DNA of 64,000 nucleotides from Reclinomonas americana ATCC 50394 (Eukaryota): NCBI GenBank assembly GCA_048213135.1, contig PS015009.1, positions 1,736,001 to 1,800,000 of the forward strand, read 5' to 3'. Shown piece by piece: positions 56,388 to 64,000 of this stretch (position 1 is its first letter; each line of letters starts with the position of its first letter). The notes under the pieces were generated by a model. It saw only the letters and a program-made list of their open reading frames with translations, ran no database searches and was not told where the DNA came from. The position numbers and the translations under genes were made by a program.

Positions 56388-57350
56388 TTATTTTTTCCTT
56401 TTGTTTTTGTCCCTGAACACGACAAAGTTGCGGGCTACGGTAAAGCCCCAGCGCCATTGTCCTTTACTCCAGGTAGTGAAAGTGCGGGGAATAAAGCGGT
56501 TCTCCAGGATATTGGTGGCATTGGTGAAGTTCATGTGAAACACGTGTCCCAGTGTAACGATCTCCAGTCCAAGACCCAGCGCATCGTAGGGATGGGCGTT
56601 TTGAGAAATCAGCAGGTCTTTGCTGGATTTAGAACGGAACGTGTGAAAATAGTCGCCGATAAAAACGAATCTTTTAAATAAAGGAATACGGACGCCGGTT
56701 CCGAGTGCGAAAATGCTGTTCACATCGCCGGGCACAACATAGTTGGTGTGAACATAGGTAGGGCTCAGTTGTATACTCACTGGTCCGAATTTACGGGCCA
56801 CCATCAGTTGTACTACCTGGCTCAGGCGATCATTGAAATCCTGGTAAGAGTTTTCCTTGTCCGGTGCCGTATTTTTCTTTTGCGTGGATACAACACCATT
56901 GGCAAAAAGTGTAAGCGACAAAGGGTGACGGGAATCGTTTTCCATTTGCTGCAGGAACTGGTACTTAACACCCAGTTCATACAACTGCTGAACAAGGCTG
57001 CCGCCTTTACTGCGGGAAACAAGGACGTTGAGTTTTTTAGTAACGCCCAGCTGGAAAGCGATTTTTACATCGGTGGCGCCGTCGAGGCCAAAAGCGGTAC
57101 TCACGCCGCCATTCGAACCGTCGATGTCACCGAAGTTGTGGATCACTTTGAATTCAAGAAAGCCCTTGGGCAACACTTCAACGGTATTGGTGTTGATCAG
57201 TTTTTGAGACTGGAATACCTTGACTGGCCTGTTGGCGGGCGGTGCAACCGGTTTATCAAGCGATTGCATCAGGGAGTTGGAACTGCTGTCTGTCTGCGCC
57301 CTTACATCCATGCAGGCGAACAGCAAGATCAGCAATGATAATTTTTGCAT
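56388..57350 (-). CDS. DUF5777-like beta-barrel protein
   Basis: Signal peptide, H.FG.....FGLD, T.GHVF...FTN and WGF...R.F. Confidence 0.75.
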   Translation of the reverse strand: MQKLSLLILLFACMDVRAQTDSSSNSLMQSLDKPVAPPANRPVKVFQSQKLINTNTVEVLPKGFLEFKVIHNFGDIDGSNGGVSTAFGLDGATDVKIAFQLGVTKKLNVLVSRSKGGSLVQQLYELGVKYQFLQQMENDSRHPLSLTLFANGVVSTQKKNTAPDKENSYQDFNDRLSQVVQLMVARKFGPVSIQLSPTYVHTNYVVPGDVNSIFALGTGVRIPLFKRFVFIGDYFHTFRSKSSKDLLISQNAHPYDALGLGLEIVTLGHVFHMNFTNATNILENRFIPRTFTTWSKGQWRWGFTVARNFVVFRDKNKRKK

Positions 57351-57469
57351 ACTATTATTTTTTGGTGGAAGGATAAGAGTTACAGGAACCTAACGAAAGA
57401 ATGAAATCAGTGGTTGCTTCAGTAAACGCCATTTATTTTTTGATAAGTGTTGCAACATGAATTGAGATC

Positions 57470-58882
57470 ATGGCAAAGAAGATCGTAAAAGACATATCGG
57501 CTAATACACTGCAGGTGTTGATCAACCAGCTGTGCGGGCTGCTTATTTTTTATGTCTTGTCGATGCAGCTCGATAAACCGGCATTTGGTGCTGTTAACTG
57601 GTGTCTTGCCGTGTTGCTGGCATGCTTTGGCATACTTAGCTTTGGTATCGACCAGGTGCTGATCAAAAAGACGGCATCAGGTGATAACGCGAAAACTTCT
57701 TTCGCCGCCTATACCTGGCATGTGCTGATCGCCGGGTTTTCTTTTTACCTGCTGATCGTTATCTGCTATTTCCTTTTTCCCGGCCGGTATGAAACCTGGA
57801 TGCTGCTTTGCCTTAGTGCAGGTAAACTTTGCCTGTTCCTGGCCTCGCCTGCAAAACAACTGGCCAATGGGTTGGAAAAATTCCGCCTGCTGCTCTGGAT
57901 GAACACCACCTCCAATATCATCCGCACTTGTTTACTGTTGATACTCGCTTATACTAATTCCCTCAGCCTGGGAAATGCCGTACTGGTATTTCTTGTTGCC
58001 GATGTGCTGGAATCCGCTCTCAGCATGGTTTTGGCGGGTTGGAAGATGAAGGCTCACCAGTCTTACCGATGGAATGGTATGGCTTACAGGCAGCTTCTGA
58101 AAGAAGCGCTTCCCCAGATGGGCGTTGTCATGGCCAGTTCCATATTGGCACGGATGGATTGGATATTGCTGGGCATCCTGGCTTCTGCCGGTATCCTGGC
58201 TAACTATAGTTTTGCCTATAAAGTTTTTGAAGTAGCCACGCTTCCGTTGCTCATTATCGCTCCTATACTTATTCCCCGTTTCAGCAGGCGTTTTCGTAGC
58301 CATGAACAGCAGGATGCTACATCGCTGCTCGTGCTGCTGAGGACAGAGATGCTGGTGGCCGGTTTTACGGTACTGCTTCTTAACCTCCTCTGGGTGCCTG
58401 TTATTGACTGGCTTACCGTGGGTAAGTATGGCAGCGTGAACAGGGTAACCATTGCACTCCTTTCTGGTTGTATACCTTTCCTCTATCTCAATAATTTCCT
58501 TTGGACGATGCATTTCGCACAGGGAAAGCTGGCCATGATCTTCCGCGTTTTTGTCATATGCGTCATGGTGAATATCGTCGGTAATGCGATCGCTATTCCC
58601 TGGCTAAAAGCAGAAGGTGCAGCAGCGATTTACTTACTGACCATGGCATTGCAATCTTTTCTTTTTCTCCGTCAAACAGCAGATCATCGCATCCGTTCTG
58701 CGGGTTATGCCTGCCTGCTTTGCCCGCCGCTGGCACTGGGAGCGGTATATGCAGCTATGTGGGTATCGCCGGTTCCTGTAATTGCTGTCATTACAGGAGT
58801 ATTGGTTTTTATCCTCTTTTTATGGCTCGGGAAACTGTTCAGCCTGAAGGATCTCGGGACGATAAAAAAACTCGTGAGCTAG
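57470..58882 (+). CDS. wzx: Oligosaccharide flippase (Wzx / polysaccharide biosynthesis family)
   Basis: Multi-TM protein with FG.D, RMDWILLG and YSFAYK; first gene of the glycosyltransferase cluster. Confidence 0.8.
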   Translation: MAKKIVKDISANTLQVLINQLCGLLIFYVLSMQLDKPAFGAVNWCLAVLLACFGILSFGIDQVLIKKTASGDNAKTSFAAYTWHVLIAGFSFYLLIVICYFLFPGRYETWMLLCLSAGKLCLFLASPAKQLANGLEKFRLLLWMNTTSNIIRTCLLLILAYTNSLSLGNAVLVFLVADVLESALSMVLAGWKMKAHQSYRWNGMAYRQLLKEALPQMGVVMASSILARMDWILLGILASAGILANYSFAYKVFEVATLPLLIIAPILIPRFSRRFRSHEQQDATSLLVLLRTEMLVAGFTVLLLNLLWVPVIDWLTVGKYGSVNRVTIALLSGCIPFLYLNNFLWTMHFAQGKLAMIFRVFVICVMVNIVGNAIAIPWLKAEGAAAIYLLTMALQSFLFLRQTADHRIRSAGYACLLCPPLALGAVYAAMWVSPVPVIAVITGVLVFILFLWLGKLFSLKDLGTIKKLVS

Positions 58883-58968
58883 CCTGTACGGGCAACCTGT
58901 TCAATGGTTTATACGATTAACATACAGGTAATGATAATCGTTTTAACCCACCATAAAAAGCACTACGG

Positions 58969-60612
58969 GTGACTCCTGCAACCGTTTCTTCCGGTATAAA
59001 AAAATACCTGGCTGCTATCGACTGGAAGCTGCTGGTATTCCTGCTTTTGTTCGGACAGGTGAAACTGCTGCTGAAAGTAATAGCGGTACTGCTGATCTTT
59101 ATCTTTCGCCCCAATTTCCGTTTTGGTTTTCGCGATGGCCGGCTGCCGTTGTTTTACCTGGCTATGATCGCGATAGCTGTCATCAACCTGTTGCTTACCG
59201 GCCTGTTCCGTGATCTGCATTATGATATGGCTTTTGTACTGGGCTGTGGTTATTGGCTGCTCTGCCTGGCTGCCCTGCACCAGGTGAAACTGGCGGTTGA
59301 GATCAACACAGCGGAAGCCATTTACAAAACACTTGTTGTATACTTTATCCTGAATGCCATGGTATCGCTGGCCGTGTATACCGGTATTGTAATAGAAACC
59401 GGCACCATCAATCCTTACCGCTACCAGGGCAATTACCAGAAATATTTCATCGGCACCGGCGACTATATCAAAGGCATCAGTTTTGACACCTCTACCACCA
59501 ATGCCATACTCAATGCTTTTGGCGTACTGTTCTTTCTTTATAAACGCAACCTGGCGCTTACCTTAGTTTGCATGCTGGTGTTATTGCTCACGGGGAGCAA
59601 CATGATCAATATACTGCTGGTGCTTGTTTTTCTTTTCGTGATCATTTTTCAAAGTAACCGCGACAGGAAAAGTGTTATCCTCATTTGCCTGGCCATGCTC
59701 ACTGTTTTCTGGGTAAAAATATCGCCGCAAAACAATACCTATATCGCTGCTACATGGGAAAAGATAACCGGGGAAGATAAAAAGAATATACAGCCGGTCA
59801 GTAAACAACTGCGCATCACTGAGCGGCCCGACAGTACACTTTCTCCACGGGAAAAGAAGGAAAAGACAGCCCGTTTATATGTAGACAGTATTACCCTGGC
59901 CATGGCGAAGACACGTAAAACGGCTGTACAGGAAATACTGCCCGATACGGTATTGTCTGTTACAGGAAAGCCCATACTGCCGCACGACAACATTCATACG
60001 CCGGCCTTTCAGCATAAGTGGGATACCACAGCCTTACAAAAACAATTATCGGTATACGTAAAGAAGGAAAACCTGGAAGACAGTACTGTACAGGTCCGGG
60101 AAGGAAAGAAGCTCCCCGGGAAAATATTGGCCTGGAAACAAACGCTGGCCTTCTTAAAGGCACACCCCGGGAAATTGCTGACGGGAGCAGGTATGGGAAA
60201 TTTTTCTTCCAAGCTGGCTTTCAGAATAACCGGGCTCGGTATTGCCGGAAGTTACCCGCAGCAATACCAGTATGTTAATCCTGATTTTAAAAAGAATCAT
60301 CTTGAACTGCAGCTTTCCTATTACACCCGCAACGACAGCCTGCACTCGTTGACCAACAGCCCCAATTCGGTATACGGACAGTTGTTGAGTGAATACGGGT
60401 TACCGGGTGTGCTGGCTTTTATTTTTCTATACTTTTTCTTTTTTGCAAAACAGTATAAAAAAATGGATTACGGTCGCCCGGTACTATTGCTGATGCTGGC
60501 GGTTTTTTTTACGGATTACTGGTTTGAACAATTATCTGTAGTCGTATTCTTTGAATTGTTGCTTTTCCTGGATGCCAGGGAGAATAAAGACAGAACAGCC
60601 TATGCAACCTGA
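58969..60612 (+). CDS. Polysaccharide polymerase/ligase-like membrane protein
   Basis: Multi-TM protein with large periplasmic loop, G.GMGNF and NS.Y..LLSEYGL.G (Wzy/WaaL-like). GTG start. Confidence 0.6.
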   Translation: MTPATVSSGIKKYLAAIDWKLLVFLLLFGQVKLLLKVIAVLLIFIFRPNFRFGFRDGRLPLFYLAMIAIAVINLLLTGLFRDLHYDMAFVLGCGYWLLCLAALHQVKLAVEINTAEAIYKTLVVYFILNAMVSLAVYTGIVIETGTINPYRYQGNYQKYFIGTGDYIKGISFDTSTTNAILNAFGVLFFLYKRNLALTLVCMLVLLLTGSNMINILLVLVFLFVIIFQSNRDRKSVILICLAMLTVFWVKISPQNNTYIAATWEKITGEDKKNIQPVSKQLRITERPDSTLSPREKKEKTARLYVDSITLAMAKTRKTAVQEILPDTVLSVTGKPILPHDNIHTPAFQHKWDTTALQKQLSVYVKKENLEDSTVQVREGKKLPGKILAWKQTLAFLKAHPGKLLTGAGMGNFSSKLAFRITGLGIAGSYPQQYQYVNPDFKKNHLELQLSYYTRNDSLHSLTNSPNSVYGQLLSEYGLPGVLAFIFLYFFFFAKQYKKMDYGRPVLLLMLAVFFTDYWFEQLSVVVFFELLLFLDARENKDRTAYAT

Positions 60613-61561
60613 TGTACAATTAACGGTGCTGATGCCGGTGTACAATGCCGGCGCATTCATCAGTGATGCCATAGCGTCGGTACTGGTGCAGGATTTCACT
60701 GCTTTTGAATTATTGATCATTAACGATGGTTCAACGGATGATACGGCTGAACAGGTAAACCGGTTTGGAGATCATCGCATCAGGCTCATCAGTCAGCCCA
60801 ACATGGGTATTGCCGCGGCACTGAACAACGGTCTGGTACAGGCAAAAGGAATTTATATAGCCAGGTTTGATGCTGACGATGTGTGTATGCCCGGCCGTTT
60901 GAGCAGGCAGCTCGGGTTCCTGTTATCGCACCCTGATCATGTTGCTGTTGGATGTGAAGCGGAATACATCACCCGTGAGGGAGAACACCTGTTTGGATTC
61001 AGTTGTATTGGATACGATGATGAGGAGATCAGGTCAAAACTTTATGTCTATTGTCCTTTTATCCACTCCGGGGTTATGTACAGGAAACAACCTGTGTTTG
61101 ATGCCGGAGGTTACTTTACCGATGCGCATAATTTTGAAGATTACCTGCTGTGGGTGAGACTGGCGAGGCTGGGAAAGTTTCACAACCTGCGTGAACAATT
61201 GATACAGGTGCGTTTTCATCCCGACTCTGTAACGATCGATGAAAAATGGCGGGGTGCCCGTTTCCGCCAGATCAAAAGAGAGAGTATACAACGGGGCTTT
61301 ATCTCCAGGGCAGAAGGAGATGAATTGCTGGCCATCATCCGCAAACAGGAAGTGCGGAAAATAAAAGAAGGGTCATACTATGCCCTGTGCGGTAAAAAAT
61401 ACCTGCTCGATAATTACCAGCCAGCCCGGGCAAGGTCTTTTTTGACAAAAGCGATAAAGAAACACCCGGCACGTATGGACAATTATGCTTTATACCTGCT
61501 GAGTTTTTTTCCCTGGCCGGTATTGCAATGGTTGCACCAGCGCAGTCCGAATACAATCTGA
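60602..61561 (+). CDS. Glycosyltransferase family 2
   Basis: VLMPVYN, INDGSTD, RFDADD and EDY.LW. Confidence 0.92.
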   Translation: MQPDVQLTVLMPVYNAGAFISDAIASVLVQDFTAFELLIINDGSTDDTAEQVNRFGDHRIRLISQPNMGIAAALNNGLVQAKGIYIARFDADDVCMPGRLSRQLGFLLSHPDHVAVGCEAEYITREGEHLFGFSCIGYDDEEIRSKLYVYCPFIHSGVMYRKQPVFDAGGYFTDAHNFEDYLLWVRLARLGKFHNLREQLIQVRFHPDSVTIDEKWRGARFRQIKRESIQRGFISRAEGDELLAIIRKQEVRKIKEGSYYALCGKKYLLDNYQPARARSFLTKAIKKHPARMDNYALYLLSFFPWPVLQWLHQRSPNTI

Positions 61562-62640
61562 TGAAAGTAGTACTCATAACACGATCTACCCTGTACCGGG
61601 TGAAAGGCGGCGACACCATCCAGGTCACCGAAACAGCCCGTATGCTGGCGGCGCTGGGTATTCATGCGCACATCAGGCTGGCCAATGAAAAGATCAATTA
61701 CCGGGTGTACGACCTGCTGCACTTTTTTAATATCACCCGCCCGGCAGATATGCTGGTACACATCAGGCGTTCCCGAAAGCCATACGTAGTAACACCCATA
61801 TGGATTGATTACAGCGTGTACGATAAACAACAACGTACGGGTATTTCCGGTACTGTGCTGGGGCTGCTGGGCGAGGGAGGAGCTGAATATGCAAAAACAA
61901 TAGGCCGGTTCCTGGCAGGGAGAGATTCGCTGGCCAGTATAGATTATGCCTGGAAAGGACAGTCGCGGAGTATACGGGAAGTATTGCGTTCTGCCCGCTG
62001 CCTGCTGGTGAACAGCGAACAGGAATACTTTGATATCCGCGACCGGTACGGGGCGGTGCCATCATATGCTGTTGTTCCCAATGGTATTAACGGTGAAGCA
62101 TACACGCAGATGCTGAAAACCGAAAAAGAAAACGATCTGGTGCTTTGCGCCGCCAGGATAGAAGGGATTAAGAACCAGTATAACCTTATCAAGGCACTGA
62201 ACAATACCCGTTTCAGGCTTGTGCTTGCCGGGGCGCCGGCACCCGGTCAACAGCGGTACTACGAACAATGCAGGAAAGCAGCGGGAGGAAATGTATTGTT
62301 TACGGGACATCTTTCCACACCGGAACTGATGGCCTATTATGCCCAATCGAAAGTACATGTATTACCGGGCTGGTTTGAGTTATGCGGCCTGTCATCACTG
62401 GAAGCGGCAGCGATGGGATGCAATGTTGTGGTAAGTCCGAACGGTTATGCGAGGGATTATTTTAAGGAAGATGCTTTTTACTGCGACCCCGCCGATCCGC
62501 CATCGATCAGGCATTGCGTGGAACAGGCGGCTGCGCAACCTGTAAATGCATCACTGGCAGAAAGAATAAAAAACAACTACACCTGGCGGCAATCAGCAGA
62601 GAAAATAGCGGCAGTCTATAAAAACATATTACCTGTTTAA
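61561..62640 (+). CDS. Glycosyltransferase family 4
   Basis: GGD..Q, VVPNGI, RIE..KNQ and E.CGLSSLEAAA.G. Confidence 0.9.
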   Translation: MKVVLITRSTLYRVKGGDTIQVTETARMLAALGIHAHIRLANEKINYRVYDLLHFFNITRPADMLVHIRRSRKPYVVTPIWIDYSVYDKQQRTGISGTVLGLLGEGGAEYAKTIGRFLAGRDSLASIDYAWKGQSRSIREVLRSARCLLVNSEQEYFDIRDRYGAVPSYAVVPNGINGEAYTQMLKTEKENDLVLCAARIEGIKNQYNLIKALNNTRFRLVLAGAPAPGQQRYYEQCRKAAGGNVLFTGHLSTPELMAYYAQSKVHVLPGWFELCGLSSLEAAAMGCNVVVSPNGYARDYFKEDAFYCDPADPPSIRHCVEQAAAQPVNASLAERIKNNYTWRQSAEKIAAVYKNILPV

Positions 62641-63736
62641 ATCATTACACATAGCGATACTGGGCTGCCGGGGTATACCCAACCATTACGGCGGCTTCGA
62701 ACAACTGGCTGAGCACCTGTCTAAAGGGTTGGTTGAGCATGGTCATACCGTTTCGGTTTATAATACACACGACCATCCTTACCAGGATAAGGTGTGGGAA
62801 AATGTTGAGATCATCCATTGCAACAACCCGGAAAAAAAACTCGGAACAGCGGGTCAGTTTCTTTATGACCGGAACTGTATCCTTGACGCCCGTGGAAGAA
62901 ACTTTGACGTGGTACTGTTCCTGGGTTATACCAGCAGTTCGGTATGGGGAAGATGGTTTCCCAGGTCGGTTATCATCTCTAATATGGACGGGCTGGAATG
63001 GAAGCGGAGTAAATACAGCCGGCCGGTACGCTGGTTCCTGCGCAGGGCGGAAGCCATGGCAATACGGTACAGTCATTTTTTTGTAGCAGATTCCCCCTTG
63101 ATACAGGACCGCCTGCAACAGCAATACGCGGTATCCAGCAAGTACATTGCTTATGGTGCCAGCCAGTATGAACAATATGATACAACTGTTCTGCAACAAT
63201 TCGGCCTCTCTGCCGGGGATTATGATATGCTGATGGCAAGGATGGAACCGGAGAACAATGTGGAAATGATCCTGAAGGGATTTACTGCAACAGGTGCCAG
63301 CCGCCGGTTACTCTTAGTTGGAAATATGCAGAATGCTTTCGGAAAAAAAATGATCAGCCGGTTTGGGCATGATAAGCGATTGGTTTTTGCTGGCCCCGTT
63401 TTTGACCAGGCGGTTAACCACAGCCTGCGGCATTACTGTTCACTTTATTTTCATGGGCATAGTGTGGGTGGCACTAATCCATCTTTGCTGGAAGCCATGT
63501 CTGACGGGGCATTGATTGCCGCACATGATAACGGTTTCAACAGGGCGGTGCTTGGCGACGATGCTTTTTATTTTTCAACAGCGGCAGATGTCAGCAGCAT
63601 CGTACAAACACAATCCGGTAATGAAGAAATGACGGAAAGAAATAAAGCCAGGATACAGGAGCAGTATAACTGGCCGCATATCATTGCCCAGTATGCCACT
63701 TTCATAGAACATTGTTATAACAGGAAAAAAAGATGA
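62633..63736 (+). CDS. DUF1972-domain glycosyltransferase (GT4); start uncertain, probably non-canonical
   Basis: In-frame IAILGCRGIPNHYGGFEQ lies upstream of the ORF-track start. Also NMDGLEWKR.K, RMEPENN and HGHSVGGTNPSLLEAM. Confidence 0.85.
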   Translation: MFKSLHIAILGCRGIPNHYGGFEQLAEHLSKGLVEHGHTVSVYNTHDHPYQDKVWENVEIIHCNNPEKKLGTAGQFLYDRNCILDARGRNFDVVLFLGYTSSSVWGRWFPRSVIISNMDGLEWKRSKYSRPVRWFLRRAEAMAIRYSHFFVADSPLIQDRLQQQYAVSSKYIAYGASQYEQYDTTVLQQFGLSAGDYDMLMARMEPENNVEMILKGFTATGASRRLLLVGNMQNAFGKKMISRFGHDKRLVFAGPVFDQAVNHSLRHYCSLYFHGHSVGGTNPSLLEAMSDGALIAAHDNGFNRAVLGDDAFYFSTAADVSSIVQTQSGNEEMTERNKARIQEQYNWPHIIAQYATFIEHCYNRKKR

Positions 63737-64000
63737 TGGCGATATTCGATATATGGGATTCACTTTCCAACAGGATAAGCTATTGGCTGCTGGGTGCATT
63801 CCTGGTTTTGTTACCGTATGATTTTTTTTACAGCGAACTGGCGCTGGCCTGCTTTGCTTTGCATACACTCATCCACCTGCGAAAAGAAAGAATAAAAAAT
63901 CTGTTCACCCGTAAAGTGGCGCTGCCCGTTTCCCTGTTCCTGCTGATCGTTGTTGCCATTTTCTACAGCCCCGATAAACCCGAGGCCCTGAACGTGACCA
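63733..64000 (+). CDS. Membrane protein, probably O-antigen ligase/polymerase family (runs off the right edge)
   Basis: Manual translation MMAIFDIWDSLSNRISYWLLGAFLVLLPYDFFYSEL...; hydrophobic helices; overlaps the previous stop. Confidence 0.55.
   Translation, partial: MMAIFDIWDSLSNRISYWLLGAFLVLLPYDFFYSELALACFALHTLIHLRKERIKNLFTRKVALPVSLFLLIVVAIFYSPDKPEALNVT

Overview
Bacterial chromosomal window whose gene content and TAnnTTTG-type promoters point to Bacteroidota, probably Chitinophagaceae (inferred, not searched). It has one assembly gap (N run, 19393-19574). From left to right: (1) an Ig-like lipoprotein and a UvrD helicase-nuclease. (2) A compact three-gene RiPP-like cluster: a DUF1843-like precursor with an N-terminal LYG motif, a splicease-type radical SAM/SPASM enzyme and a SAM methyltransferase. 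(3) A TPR gene, tRNA-Arg(CCT) and a decayed copy of that tRNA 713 bp downstream. (4) An RHS/YD polymorphic toxin locus whose products carry signal peptides: a frameshifted beta-barrel gene, a large YD protein, a catalytically dead glutathione-peroxidase-like protein, an RHS protein with an S1/P1-nuclease/phospholipase-C-like tip, a membrane immunity candidate and an orphan RHS cassette. (5) A Crp/SulP module, and an OmpR two-component system with PAP2, PepSY-like and TonB-type genes. (6) An alkylation-repair operon, GlxA and AraC modules, and a YHS-YHS-DoxX-DinB-NRDE-ATP-grasp operon. (7) A double LytS/LytTR system with a propeller pseudokinase. (8) An ECF sigma with a dual-membrane-spanning anti-sigma candidate, then the start of a polysaccharide biosynthesis operon. 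Four local regulon motifs (OmpR, GlxA, LytTR, ECF) can be read directly from the DNA. All family calls come from motif recognition by eye; no database searches were run.
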